Positions 39,468 to 49,080 of a stretch of 64,000 nucleotides of DNA are shown here, one piece after another. Made by a program: the position numbers and the translations under genes. Within the stretch, counting starts at the first letter, position 1; the number at the start of each line of letters is the position of its first letter. The stretch is from assembly GCA_001793855.1 (NCBI GenBank), contig MGIR01000001.1:8645-72644 (forward strand). The letters are read 5' to 3'. The notes beneath the pieces were generated by a model. That model ran no database searches. It was not told the DNA's origin and saw only the letters and a list, made by a program, of their open reading frames with translations. Source of the DNA: Candidatus Wolfebacteria bacterium RIFCSPLOWO2_01_FULL_45_19. GTDB taxonomy: Bacteria > Patescibacteriota > Minisyncoccia > UBA6257 > GWB1-45-9.

Positions 39468-40529
39468 ATGCGAATTCTTGCCATTGAAACAAGTTGCGAC
39501 GAAACAGCTATAGCTGTTGTGGATGCGAAAGGCGGCCTGAAACGGCCGCGTTTTAAGATTGTCGCGAATGAAGTCGCTTCACAGATTAAAATACATCGCC
39601 CGTTCGGCGGCGTTGTCCCGAATCTTGCTAAGCGAGAACATATAAAAAACCTCCCCATTTTATTTAAAAGAATTCTTAAAGCTAAAGGCTTAAAGCTAAA
39701 AGCTGATATTATCGCCGTTACCGTTGGACCAGGGCTTGAACCGGCGCTGTGGACCGGAATTAATTTTGCAAAAGAGCTCGCGAAGAAATATAAAAAACCG
39801 CTTATCGGTGTTAACCATATGGAAGGGCACCTCTACTCGAACTGGTTTTTACCAGTTCGAGAAATTCAAAATTCAAAATTCAAAATTCAAAATTCCATCA
39901 AGACGATTGTTTTTCCAGCAATCGTTTTGGTTGTGAGCGGCGGCCACACCATTCTTTTGAAGATGGATTCTGTAACAAAGCGGAAAAAACTCGGTGAAAC
40001 TCGCGATGACGCGGCGGGGGAGGCATATGATAAAGTCGCGCGATTGCTTGACTTGCCGTATCCCGGCGGACCGGAGATAGAAAAGATAGCCAAAAGAGGA
40101 AATTCCGAAGCCGTACAATTTCCGCGCCCTATGCTTAACCAGAAAAATTATGACCTCAGTTTTTCCGGCCTAAAAACCGCAGTTTTGTATTATCTGCGTG
40201 ATAACCCTCTAAAAGCCAAAAGCTTAAAGCTAAAAGCTGATATCGCCGCTTCGTTTCAGCAAGCCGCGATTGATGTTCTTGTCGCAAAAACGATGAACGC
40301 CGCTAAGGAATACAAAGCTAAATCCGTGATGCTTTGCGGCGGAGTAGCCGCAAACAAAGCTCTTCGCAAAGAACTTAAAATTCAAAGCTTAAAATTTAAA
40401 GCTGATTTTTACGCTCCGGAATTTGCGTTGAATACGGACAACGCGGCAATGATAGCCGCCGCGGGTTATGTAAGTTTTTTGAAAAAGAAAAAACTGCGTC
40501 TGACCGCGCAGTCAAATCTCAGCTTGTGA
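39468..40529 (+). CDS. tsaD: tRNA N6-adenosine threonylcarbamoyltransferase TsaD, with a repeat-derived internal insertion
   Basis: Collinear with E. coli TsaD (HMEGH, GGHT, DDAAGEAYDK). It has ~14 extra residues (REIQNSKFKIQNSIKT) encoded by gaaattcaaaattcaaaattcaaaattcc. Confidence 0.85.
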   Translation: MRILAIETSCDETAIAVVDAKGGLKRPRFKIVANEVASQIKIHRPFGGVVPNLAKREHIKNLPILFKRILKAKGLKLKADIIAVTVGPGLEPALWTGINFAKELAKKYKKPLIGVNHMEGHLYSNWFLPVREIQNSKFKIQNSIKTIVFPAIVLVVSGGHTILLKMDSVTKRKKLGETRDDAAGEAYDKVARLLDLPYPGGPEIEKIAKRGNSEAVQFPRPMLNQKNYDLSFSGLKTAVLYYLRDNPLKAKSLKLKADIAASFQQAAIDVLVAKTMNAAKEYKAKSVMLCGGVAANKALRKELKIQSLKFKADFYAPEFALNTDNAAMIAAAGYVSFLKKKKLRLTAQSNLSL

Positions 40530-40971
40530 GTTCTTCTTTTAGCATTTGCGAAATTTTGTTTCCGTCTGCTCTGCCCTTCACTTGCGGCATTATTAATTTC
40601 ATTGTTTTGCCAAAATCCTTTTGACTTTGCGCGCCTGATTCCGCAACAGATTTTTTAACAATCTCGCGCAGTTCTTCATCCGGCATCTCCGGAGGCAGAT
40701 ACCCTTTTAATATCGCGGCTTCGCTCTCTTCTTTTTTTGCCGATTCTTCGCGCCCGCCTTTTTTGTATTCCACGGCGGCGTCTTTTCGTTTTTTGAGTTC
40801 GCTGTTTATTACGGGGATAATTTCGTCATCGGAAAGCCCCATGTCTTTTTTGCGCAGTTCTATCTCTTTGTTGGCGATTGCCGCGGACAGCATACGCAAG
40901 GTTGAAAGCCGCAAGGCGTCGCCGCTTTTAAGCGCTTGTTTGATGTTATCGGTTATTTTTTGCTTAAGCAT
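40519..40971 (-). CDS. yqeY: GatB/YqeY domain protein
   Basis: Similarity to YqeY from MLKQKITDNIKQALKSGD onward. The track ORF's N-terminal extension is probably spurious. Confidence 0.7.
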   Translation of the reverse strand: MLKQKITDNIKQALKSGDALRLSTLRMLSAAIANKEIELRKKDMGLSDDEIIPVINSELKKRKDAAVEYKKGGREESAKKEESEAAILKGYLPPEMPDEELREIVKKSVAESGAQSQKDFGKTMKLIMPQVKGRADGNKISQMLKEELTS

Positions 40972-41000
40972 ATTAAAAGTATAAATTGAATCGTGAGACA

Positions 41001-41028
41001 TTGACAAGTTTCGGGGTATGTTTATAAT
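41001..41028 (+). promoter_or_regulatory. consensus sigma70 promoter (TTGACA-16-TATAAT) for rplJL
   Basis: Seen directly in the sequence. Confidence 0.65.
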
Positions 41029-41031
41029 ACG

Positions 41032-41115
41032 ATAAAGCCGCAGATAATGGGCAGGGAATACCCAAGAGTCCCGTTGAGGCGTATGGCGGCTTTGGGTCGT
41101 TTTTTTATTTGCATT
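41032..41115 (+). promoter_or_regulatory. L10 (rplJ) leader with attenuator-like hairpin
   Basis: AAAGCCGC...GCGGCTTT helix followed by a U-run; position typical of the L10 autoregulatory leader. Confidence 0.45.
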
Positions 41116-41610
41116 ATGCTCACGAGAAAACAAAAAGAAGAATCGGTTAAACATGGCAAAGAGCTTTTACAAAAGAGCCGAAATTTGATTTTGGTTGATT
41201 TTAGCCGCGCGCCCGCGGAAGCGATGCGGCGATTGCGCCGGGTGATTAAAGACAAGCAATCCCAGCTTAAAGTTATAAAAAAGCGTTTACTTGGCTTGGT
41301 TTTAAAAGCAGCAGGCGCTGATTTTGATTCGGCGAAATTCAAGACATCGGTCGGGGCGGTATTTGTTTCTGGAGAGATAACTGACGTTGCCGGAGATTTA
41401 TATAAATTCAGCAAAGAAAACGAAGGCTTCAAAATGCTTGGCGGGTACAATCTTCAAACCAAAGAATTTGTTAGTGACGAATTGCTTAATCGCATAGGGC
41501 AATTGCCGTCGCGTGAGGTTTTGCTTGCTCAGCTTTTGGGAATGTTTACCGCGCCAATGAGGAAATTCCTTATTGTGTTAAACGAGAAAGGCAAAAAGGT
41601 CGTAGCATAA
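41116..41610 (+). CDS. rplJ: 50S ribosomal protein L10
   Basis: Similarity from MLTRKQKEE onward. Confidence 0.85.
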   Translation: MLTRKQKEESVKHGKELLQKSRNLILVDFSRAPAEAMRRLRRVIKDKQSQLKVIKKRLLGLVLKAAGADFDSAKFKTSVGAVFVSGEITDVAGDLYKFSKENEGFKMLGGYNLQTKEFVSDELLNRIGQLPSREVLLAQLLGMFTAPMRKFLIVLNEKGKKVVA

Positions 41611-41620
41611 TAGATTTAAG

Positions 41621-41980
41621 ATGGAAAAGTACAACGATTTAATTTCAAAGTTGGAGGGAATGAGCGTTGTTGAGCTTGCCGATTTGGTTAAGGCGCTTGA
41701 AGAAAAGTGGGGAGTTTCCGCCGCTATGGTTGCCGCCCCTTCGGCTGGCTTAGGGCAAGCGGAAGAAAAAACGGAATTTGACGTGATTTTAAAAGCTGCG
41801 GGCGAACAGAAAATAAACGCCATTAAGGCAGTACGCGAAATTACCGGTCTCGGACTTAAGGAGGCAAAGGACCTGGTTGACGGCGCGCCAAAGACGGTTA
41901 AACAGAGCGTAAAAAAAGAGGAAGCTGAAGAGATAAAGAAAAAACTGGAGGCCGCCGGCGCGACCGCGGAGGTGCAATAA
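41621..41980 (+). CDS. rplL: 50S ribosomal protein L7/L12
   Basis: Characteristic N-terminal domain, Ala-rich hinge, and C-terminal domain. Confidence 0.9.
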   Translation: MEKYNDLISKLEGMSVVELADLVKALEEKWGVSAAMVAAPSAGLGQAEEKTEFDVILKAAGEQKINAIKAVREITGLGLKEAKDLVDGAPKTVKQSVKKEEAEEIKKKLEAAGATAEVQ

Positions 41981-41999
41981 ATGCAATAACATCTTCCGC

Positions 42000-42071
42000 G
42001 GGCGGTTAGCTCAGCGGCAGAGCACTGCATTCACATTGCAGGGGTCATAGGTTCAAATCCTATACCGCCCA
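42000..42071 (+). tRNA. tRNA-Val (anticodon CAC)
   Basis: Acceptor GGGCGGT/ACCGCCC, D-arm GCTCAGCGGCAGAGC, anticodon loop TTCACAT. Confidence 0.75.
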
Positions 42072-42076
42072 CAAAA

Positions 42077-42112
42077 AAGGAATACGCAACACGGATTGCG
42101 TATTCCTTTTTT
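42077..42112 (+). terminator. rho-independent terminator
   Basis: AAGGAATACGCAA-cacgg-ATTGCGTATTCCTTTTTT. Confidence 0.75.
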
Positions 42113-42155
42113 AACGGTTTGGGGGTATGATACTGGCGTTCTTTTGAAATTGGGG

Positions 42156-42830
42156 ATGATAATGAATTTCAGAGCCGGTTTAGGAATTGTGTTTGCGGTT
42201 TTGTTTTTGGCTCCAGTATCGTTTTACGCTTTCGCCGCGCCTGAAAATATTGATTTGCAGGCTGTTGTGAAAATTAGCGCGACGCGTGATTCAAGCAATT
42301 ATACATTTAAAGGCGCGCGTCTTCCGAAAAACGGCGAAGGCTCCGGATTCGCGGTAAGTGCGAACAAAATTTTAACCAATGCTCATGTTGTATGGGGCGC
42401 GTCTGTTGTTGAAGTCGTGACATACGACGGAAAAATAATCCCGGCGAAAATCGTTGAATTTGATTCTGATTTGGATATCGCTGTTCTTCGGGTTGATGAA
42501 CGGCTTCCGGCGGTTACGGCGATTCGCAAAAGTTCGGTTGTGCAGGGAGAAGCCGTATACGCGATTGGTCATCCGGAAGGACGACCGGACTGGACTGTTA
42601 TGCCCGGCGTTGTGAAAAGCGTGTATCACATAAGCAACGGCTTTGAAAAAAACGGAGCCATGATACGGCTTATATTGACTAACGCCATTGGAGAAAGGGG
42701 AGCGAGCGGCGGACCTCTTTTTGATTCAAAGGGACGCGTTGTCGGCATTGTTGCGCGAGTTAACAGAATGCTAGACGGCTGGTTGATTGTAGTACCGATA
42801 ACAAAGGTTTTGGAGAGTTTTGTGTTATAA
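42156..42830 (+). CDS. secreted trypsin-like serine protease (S1 family, no PDZ)
   Basis: Signal peptide. TNAHVV (His), DIAVL (Asp), GASGGPL (Ser). Confidence 0.75.
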   Translation: MIMNFRAGLGIVFAVLFLAPVSFYAFAAPENIDLQAVVKISATRDSSNYTFKGARLPKNGEGSGFAVSANKILTNAHVVWGASVVEVVTYDGKIIPAKIVEFDSDLDIAVLRVDERLPAVTAIRKSSVVQGEAVYAIGHPEGRPDWTVMPGVVKSVYHISNGFEKNGAMIRLILTNAIGERGASGGPLFDSKGRVVGIVARVNRMLDGWLIVVPITKVLESFVL

Positions 42831-42848
42831 TTTATTATTATAACTAAT

Positions 42849-43454
42849 ATGCATACGCTTCCTAAATTGTCTTACGCTTACGACGCGCTTGAGCCGCACA
42901 TTGACGCGCGGACAATGGAAATTCACCACGGCAAACACCATCAGACCTACGTTGATAAACTCAACGCGACACTGAAACTCTTCCCGGATTTGCAAACAAA
43001 AACTGTTGAAGAGCTTTTGAGCAATATCAGCGAAGTTCCGGAGGACATTCGCCAGGATGTCATAAATTACGGCGGAGGCCATGCTAACCATTCTCTGTTT
43101 TGGCGGATTATGTCTCCGAACGGTCAAGGGCCGGAAGGTGAATTGGCCGACGCCATTGTTAAGACATTCGGAGGCCTTGACGGTTTCAAAGAAAAATTTA
43201 CAAATGTCGCGCTGAATGTTTTTGGTTCCGGATGGGCTTGGCTGATAGTTGCCAAGGACGGTTCTTTGAAGATATGCCAGACTCCGAATCAGGATAGCCC
43301 GCTCACAAATGGCGACAGGCCAGTTCTTGTCCTGGACTTGTGGGAGCACAGTTATTATTTGCTTTATCAAAATCGTCGCGGCGATTACGCGAAATCGTGG
43401 TGGAACCTGATTAATTGGCAGGAGGTATCTAAATTGTGGACAAATAGGGGATAA
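42849..43454 (+). CDS. sodA: Fe/Mn superoxide dismutase
   Basis: HHGKHHQTY and DLWEHSYY motifs. Confidence 0.9.
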   Translation: MHTLPKLSYAYDALEPHIDARTMEIHHGKHHQTYVDKLNATLKLFPDLQTKTVEELLSNISEVPEDIRQDVINYGGGHANHSLFWRIMSPNGQGPEGELADAIVKTFGGLDGFKEKFTNVALNVFGSGWAWLIVAKDGSLKICQTPNQDSPLTNGDRPVLVLDLWEHSYYLLYQNRRGDYAKSWWNLINWQEVSKLWTNRG

Positions 43455-43601
43455 ACGAAGCGCCGATGTAGATTTTACGGCGCTTTTTTGATACTTGCGT
43501 GACTTGCGTCTTTTTTTGCGTTTTTTTAAAAGGTGGGGTATTGTTATATGTAGGTGGGGAATTGTGGATAAATATGGGGATAACCACCGCATTCTGGGGA
43601 T

Positions 43602-44033
43602 ATGTTCATAGGAGAATATCAACATAATTTGGATTCAAAGAGCAGGGTTGCGGTGCCTTCAAAGTTCAGGGCTAAACTTTCCAGTGGCGCGATTATCACG
43701 CGCGGTTTGGATTATTGTTTGTTTGTTTTCGGTTCCAAAGAATGGGAATCGCTGGCGCAAAAATTAACGTCGCTTCCTTTGGCGCAGGCGAACTCGCGCG
43801 CTTTTGTCCGTTTGATGCTTGCCGGCGCGATGGACGCAGTTCCGGACCAACAGGGCAGAATTCTGATCCCGGATTATTTGAGGCGTTACGCGGATTTAAA
43901 AAAGCAAGTTGTGATAGCCGGTTTATATAATCGAGTTGAAATATGGGATTCCGAGAAATGGCAGGAATACAAGAAGAAGACCGAAGGCGCTTCCGACGAG
44001 ATAGCCGAAAAGTTGGGAGAGCTCGGGATTTGA
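43602..44033 (+). CDS. mraZ: transcriptional regulator MraZ
   Basis: Similarity to MraZ. Confidence 0.8.
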   Translation: MFIGEYQHNLDSKSRVAVPSKFRAKLSSGAIITRGLDYCLFVFGSKEWESLAQKLTSLPLAQANSRAFVRLMLAGAMDAVPDQQGRILIPDYLRRYADLKKQVVIAGLYNRVEIWDSEKWQEYKKKTEGASDEIAEKLGELGI

Positions 44034-44956
44034 TGCACGTTCCCGTTCTTTTAAACAAAGCTATTGAGTTGCTTGACCCGAAGCCCGGAGAATTCTTCAT
44101 TGACGGTACTTTCGGAAACGGAGGACACGCGGCCGCGATTGTTGAAAAAATTTTTCCCGGCGGAAAGCTTTTGGGAATCGATTGGGACAAAAAGGTGATT
44201 GCAAACGGCAAAAACGTAATTTTAGTGAACGATAACTACAAAAACATTCCAATGATTTTAAAAGAGAAAAAATTAGGCAAGGCAGACGGATTACTGCTGG
44301 ATTTGGGAATGTCATCCGACCAGCTGGAATCTGCCGGTTGGCGGACCGGACGCGGCTTCAGTTTCAAAAAAGATGAACCTCTGGATATGCGCTACGGCGA
44401 CGATTCGGTAACTGCCGCGGAAGTTGTCAACACCTTCGGCGAGGACGCGCTTGTGGAAATTTTCAAAAAATACGGAGAGGAACGATACGCGCGGCGAATA
44501 GCGGAAAAAATCGTTGAACAAAGAAAGAAGTCGCGCATCATAACCACTTTCCAGCTTTCAAGAATTGTGGAAGACGTTTATCGCCATCGTAGCGGGCGAA
44601 GCTACTCCGAGCGGCCGCCTTACGCGGCCGAGCCGTCAGGCTGTAGGCTCGGACGCTCTAGGATTCATCCTGCCACCAAAATTTTTCAAGCGTTGCGGAT
44701 ATATGTAAATAATGAATTGGAAAATCTGGATAAAATTTTAGACGCCTTGCCGCTTGTCCTAAAACAAGAAGGAAGAGCGGTTGTCATATCATTTCATTCG
44801 CTGGAGGACAGAATTGTTAAAAATAAATTCAAAGAAATGTCGGCTCAAAACATCTTAAAAATTTTAACAAAAAAACCGGTTACGCCGGATGACGTTGAAG
44901 TCGCAGCGAATCCGAGAAGCCGTTCCGCGAAATTACGCGCGGCACAACTGTTATGA
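44033..44956 (+). CDS. rsmH: 16S rRNA (cytosine1402-N4)-methyltransferase RsmH
   Basis: MHVPVLL start overlapping mraZ; SAM-binding motifs. Confidence 0.85.
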   Translation: MHVPVLLNKAIELLDPKPGEFFIDGTFGNGGHAAAIVEKIFPGGKLLGIDWDKKVIANGKNVILVNDNYKNIPMILKEKKLGKADGLLLDLGMSSDQLESAGWRTGRGFSFKKDEPLDMRYGDDSVTAAEVVNTFGEDALVEIFKKYGEERYARRIAEKIVEQRKKSRIITTFQLSRIVEDVYRHRSGRSYSERPPYAAEPSGCRLGRSRIHPATKIFQALRIYVNNELENLDKILDALPLVLKQEGRAVVISFHSLEDRIVKNKFKEMSAQNILKILTKKPVTPDDVEVAANPRSRSAKLRAAQLL

Positions 44957-45261
44957 CAATCATTCAACCATATAAAAAACTAAATATGTCTTTTTACGCG
45001 CTGGGAGCATCGGCTCTGATAATTTTGTGCAGTGTTTGGGCGATTTATCTTTATAACAGCACTGTTAATACGCGTTACGCGATATCGGAAAAAACTAAGT
45101 CGCTTGAAGAATTGAGTGTTGAAAACGCCGACTTCCGAAGCGCGGTTTCGCGACTTATAAGCTCAGAAAACATGGAATTGTCGGCCGAACGGCTTAATCT
45201 AAAAAAAGAAAGACATCCGGAATATTTTTCAACCAAATGGCCGCTCGTTTCTCATTTCTAA
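44953..45261 (+). CDS. ftsL: FtsL-like cell division protein (single TM)
   Basis: Position between rsmH and ftsI; TM helix plus coiled-coil. Confidence 0.5.
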   Translation: MTIIQPYKKLNMSFYALGASALIILCSVWAIYLYNSTVNTRYAISEKTKSLEELSVENADFRSAVSRLISSENMELSAERLNLKKERHPEYFSTKWPLVSHF

Positions 45262-46865
45262 TAATTTGTTTTTTCGCGTTTTATTCCGCATTAGTTTGGA
45301 ACCTTTACAATATTCAAATAGAAAAAGGAAATTATTATGTTGGGCGGGCTTTGGCGCAGAACGAAGCGCGCGGTTTTTTTGACCCAAAGCGCGGGCGAAT
45401 TCTTTTTACGGACAAGAACAAAAATTTTTCCCCCGCGGCAATTAACCGGGAGAAGCTTTCAATTTTTGCCGCGCCAAAAGAAATAGAAGACGTTTCTGAA
45501 GCAGCGCATATTTTGGCTCCGATTTTTGGTTTGGAGCCCACGCGTTTGGAAGCCAGATTTCTAAGAGAGAATTCTTTGTACGAACTGCTTGACGGGCGGC
45601 CGAGCGAGGAGCTTGTAAAAGAGATTAAAGAACTTAATTTACGCGGCATATATATAGGAACGCGGCTTTCGCGTTATTATCCGCTTGGAGAGTTGGGAGC
45701 TCACCTGCTTGGTTTCATTGCTCCGACTGCGGAAGATGACAATTTCGCGGGTCGTTACGGCTTGGAGACGTATTATGAAGAGCGCCTTGCCGGCAAATCT
45801 GGTGAGATTACCGGCGAACGTTTGCTAAGTCCGGTTCACGGCGATGATTTGGTTTTAACAATTGACCCGGCTATTCAGGAACGCGCTTCGGCGATTTTGG
45901 AAAAACTTATTAAAGATTATCGAGCCGAAGGCGGAACCGTCATGGTACAAAATCCTTCAACGGGAGCGATTCTTGCCATGCACAGCGAGCCGTCGTTTGA
46001 CCCCAACGAGTATTATAAATTTTCTTTCGGTCACTTCACTAATCCTGTCGTTGAAGCGGTCTACGAGCCGGGTTCAATTTTTAAAGTGATAACGATGGCT
46101 ATCGGGCTTGATGCCGGAAAAATTACGCCCGACACGACTTATTTTGACGGTGGCTCGGTAACTTACAACACGCATACTATCCGCAACTGGGATTTGAAAG
46201 CGCACGGCACTATCACAATGACACAGGTTCTTGAAAACTCCGTGAATACAGGAGCGGTTTTCGCCGAGCGTCAAGTGGGGCACGAAAACTTTTTAAGTTA
46301 TTTGAAAAAATTCGGATTTGATTCTAAAACCGAAGTAGATTTGCCGGGAGAGGTCGCCGGTAATTTGAAAAATTTGGATGGTTCCAGCCGCGACATAAAT
46401 TTCGCGAATGCTTCTTTCGGACAGGGCGTCGCTGTTACGTCCCTGAATTTATTAAGAGCGATTTCCACCATCGCGAACGGCGGAGTTATGGCGCGTCCGT
46501 ATCTTAACGCGGAACTTCAACCGAAAAACGAGGGAAGGATTATTTCGGAAGGAGCGGCAAAACAAACCGTTGATATGATGGTTTCGGCGGTTGACAAAGC
46601 GCGTGTTGCCGCCATACCTTATTATTCGGTGGCAGGAAAAACCGGAACGGCACAAGTGCCGGATTTAAAACGCGGAGGATATACCAAAGACGTCATCAAT
46701 ACTTATATCGGATTTGCTCCCGCTTACAATCCTCAGGCAGTGGTTTTTATCCGGCTGGACAAGCCGTATGGCGCGCCGCTCGCGGGATTAACGGTAGTTC
46801 CGTCATTTCGCGAGCTTATGGAATTTGTGCTGAATTACTATAATGTTTCACCTGACAGATTGTGA
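45237..46865 (+). CDS. ftsI: penicillin-binding protein (FtsI/PBP3-like transpeptidase)
   Basis: SIFK (SxxK) and KTGTA motifs. Confidence 0.8.
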   Translation: MAARFSFLIICFFAFYSALVWNLYNIQIEKGNYYVGRALAQNEARGFFDPKRGRILFTDKNKNFSPAAINREKLSIFAAPKEIEDVSEAAHILAPIFGLEPTRLEARFLRENSLYELLDGRPSEELVKEIKELNLRGIYIGTRLSRYYPLGELGAHLLGFIAPTAEDDNFAGRYGLETYYEERLAGKSGEITGERLLSPVHGDDLVLTIDPAIQERASAILEKLIKDYRAEGGTVMVQNPSTGAILAMHSEPSFDPNEYYKFSFGHFTNPVVEAVYEPGSIFKVITMAIGLDAGKITPDTTYFDGGSVTYNTHTIRNWDLKAHGTITMTQVLENSVNTGAVFAERQVGHENFLSYLKKFGFDSKTEVDLPGEVAGNLKNLDGSSRDINFANASFGQGVAVTSLNLLRAISTIANGGVMARPYLNAELQPKNEGRIISEGAAKQTVDMMVSAVDKARVAAIPYYSVAGKTGTAQVPDLKRGGYTKDVINTYIGFAPAYNPQAVVFIRLDKPYGAPLAGLTVVPSFRELMEFVLNYYNVSPDRL

Positions 46866-46945
46866 AAACTAAAGAACATAAGAACATAAGAACGTAAGAA
46901 CGGTTTTGAGTTCATCAGTTCATTCGTTCATAAGTTTTTAAGTTA
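46866..46945. repeat. aagaac/gttctt octamer palindrome
   Basis: ctaaagaacataagaacataagaacgtaagaac ... gttcatcagttcattcgttcataagtt. Confidence 0.7.
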
Positions 46946-46953
46946 TACAAGAT

Positions 46954-48189
46954 ATGAAAGAGGCAATAATTAAAATTTTGCAGTATATATTAAAGAAGCT
47001 TGCTCAGCTGACTGTCTGGCGATATGAGCCGGGCGTTATTGTGATTACGGGTAATGTAGGCAAGACATCGACTAAAGAAACCATAGCCGCGGTGTTGCGA
47101 AACGGCCGTAATATACGTTATTCCAGCGGAAATTTTAATAACGAGCTTGGCGTACCTCTTACGATAATAGGCGACTGGGACAAAATAAGCGGGTGGTTTT
47201 TTTGGCCAAGAGTTTTAATAATGGCTGTTTTTCAGCTTATTTTTAAAAACGGAAATTATCCGGAATTGTTGATTCTTGAATACGCGGCGGGCAAGCCCGG
47301 AGACATAAAATATCTTTTAGAGATAGCGCGGCCCCAGATAGGCGTTATTACCGCGATAGGAGAAATTCCCGCGCACGTGGAATTTTTTAGCGGTTCCGAC
47401 GCCGTAGCAAGGGAAAAATCGCGCGTAGTGGAACATTTGCCATCCAACGGTTTCGCGGTTTTAAATTTTGACGATGAAGTTGTAATGGATATGAAAGAGC
47501 GGACGCGGGCGCATGTCATAACTTTCGGTTTCGGGGAGGGAGCGGAAGTAAGAATAACAAATTTTGAAATTCGCTCCGAAAACGGCAGGCCGGACGGCAT
47601 ATGGTTCAAATTGGTTTACGGCGGAAATGTCGTTCCGTTTAACTTGAAAGGAGTTTTCGGAAAACCGCAGGCGTATGCCACGGCGGCTGCGGCGGCGGTG
47701 GGAATTGTTTTCGGAGCAAACCTCGTTAAATCGGCCGAAGCCCTTGCCGGCTACCGCCCGATTAAAGGAAGAATGAGCTTGCTTCCGGCAATCAAAATGG
47801 CTTACATTATTGACGACAGTTACAACGCCGCGCCGCTTTCAATGCGTTCAGCGCTTGACACATTGAAAGCTCTTAAGGTCTCCGGAAGAAAAATAGCGGT
47901 TCTCGGTGATATGCTTGAAATAGGCAGATACGCGCTTGAGGCGCATGAAGAGATCGGGCGAATGGCGGCAAAGACGGCGGATTTTCTGATTACGGTCGGG
48001 CCGCGGGCAAAATTTATCGCCGAACACGCCGTAAGGCACGGTTTGTCGAAAAGGCGAGTGATGTCGTTTGATGTTGTTGAAGACGCCATCAAACCGGCGC
48101 AGGATATGATTAGGAAGGGTGACGTTGTATTGGTTAAAGCGTCCAGAGCAATTCAGTTGGATAAATTAGTGAAAGCTCTTATCGTCTAG
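46954..48189 (+). CDS. murF: Mur ligase family protein (probable UDP-MurNAc-tripeptide--D-Ala-D-Ala ligase)
   Basis: ITGNVGKTSTKE ATP-binding motif. Position after ftsI. Confidence 0.6.
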   Translation: MKEAIIKILQYILKKLAQLTVWRYEPGVIVITGNVGKTSTKETIAAVLRNGRNIRYSSGNFNNELGVPLTIIGDWDKISGWFFWPRVLIMAVFQLIFKNGNYPELLILEYAAGKPGDIKYLLEIARPQIGVITAIGEIPAHVEFFSGSDAVAREKSRVVEHLPSNGFAVLNFDDEVVMDMKERTRAHVITFGFGEGAEVRITNFEIRSENGRPDGIWFKLVYGGNVVPFNLKGVFGKPQAYATAAAAAVGIVFGANLVKSAEALAGYRPIKGRMSLLPAIKMAYIIDDSYNAAPLSMRSALDTLKALKVSGRKIAVLGDMLEIGRYALEAHEEIGRMAAKTADFLITVGPRAKFIAEHAVRHGLSKRRVMSFDVVEDAIKPAQDMIRKGDVVLVKASRAIQLDKLVKALIV

Positions 48190-48290
48190 TTTGGCCTAGG
48201 ACATCCCGCACCTTTCGTTTTAAAACGAAAGGTGCGGGACAAGTCAGCTTCCTTGCCCCGCATTAAAATTTAAGCAAAACTTAACAATAT

Positions 48291-48363
48291 GGCCCCATCG
48301 TCTAGTGGCCCAGGACATCAGCTTCTCAAGCTGAAAACACGGGTTCGATTCCCGTTGGGGCTA
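48291..48363 (+). tRNA. tRNA-Glu (anticodon CTC)
   Basis: D-arm TCGTCTAGTGGCCCAGGACA like E. coli tRNA-Glu. Anticodon loop TTCTCAA. Confidence 0.75.
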
Positions 48364-48403
48364 CGGAATTTTTAGTGCGTGGTCAAGACGAGAGCGTTAT
48401 AAA

Positions 48404-48437
48404 ACGAATACGCGCGGCGCCGCGCGTATTCGTTTTT
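48404..48437 (+). terminator. rho-independent terminator
   Basis: ACGAATACGCGCGGCGCCGCGCGTATTCGTTTTT. Confidence 0.7.
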
Positions 48438-48528
48438 GTTCGGGATTCGAACCCGGAAATGGATTTGATATTTTTCGGAATGCGTGATAGTTTGTATTTC
48501 AGCACGTTTCACAAAAAAGGAATGCGAT

Positions 48529-48948
48529 ATGTCGAAAGCGAAAGATTGGCTGAGAAAAAGAAAGCATCAAGGATATTCTTACGCCGAAGTGGTCGCAGAA
48601 ATTGAGCGCCGCGTCGCCGGGAATTATATCTTTTCAAAAGCGGAGAACGAAAAGCGTTTGTTTGACGCGCTTGAGCGGGTTGACTTATTGTTCTGTTTAT
48701 CCGCCACCCTTCACGATTTTCTTGAAGAACAGAGAATGACGCTCGGACAGCTTTTTGAACAGCTTGACGATTTGGATATGAATGATGGCATAGAACGAGC
48801 GCTTAATCCATTTCCTAAAGGATCCAAAGAGGACAAGGACGAAATAAAAACCTGCGGCATTATAGATATGTTTTATCCCGGTAAAGATCTGGACATAGAG
48901 CGCGATGCTTATTCAGAACTCCTTGTTTCAAGGCGAAAAAATAAGTAA
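48529..48948 (+). CDS. hypothetical protein
   Basis: ORF followed by a terminator at 48952-48978. It sits downstream of tRNA-Glu and a tRNA T-arm fragment. Confidence 0.4.
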   Translation: MSKAKDWLRKRKHQGYSYAEVVAEIERRVAGNYIFSKAENEKRLFDALERVDLLFCLSATLHDFLEEQRMTLGQLFEQLDDLDMNDGIERALNPFPKGSKEDKDEIKTCGIIDMFYPGKDLDIERDAYSELLVSRRKNK

Positions 48949-49080
48949 CTTGAGCCGCCCGGCATTGGGCGGTTTTTTACATGTATGATATTATGTGAAT
49001 AAGCCAAGCGTTCAAGTTGTGAATAAAATGATGTTGTTGCAAAAAGTGTCGTGAGGGATAAACTATAAGTAAGGTCTTGT

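Noticed and set aside
39670-39700. aaagctaaaggcttaaagctaaaagct repeat in tsaD as a coding insertion
   Set aside because: The encoded KAKGLKLKADI aligns residue-for-residue with E. coli TsaD KESGLTAKDI, so it is not an insertion. The insertion claim is made only for the aaaattc tract at 39861-39889, and more weakly for 40205-40245.
40972-41154. N-terminal 61-aa extension of the yqeY ORF
   Set aside because: YqeY homology begins at the internal Met (MLKQKITDNIKQALKSGD). The extension overlaps the rplJ promoter and leader on the other strand and has no similarity.
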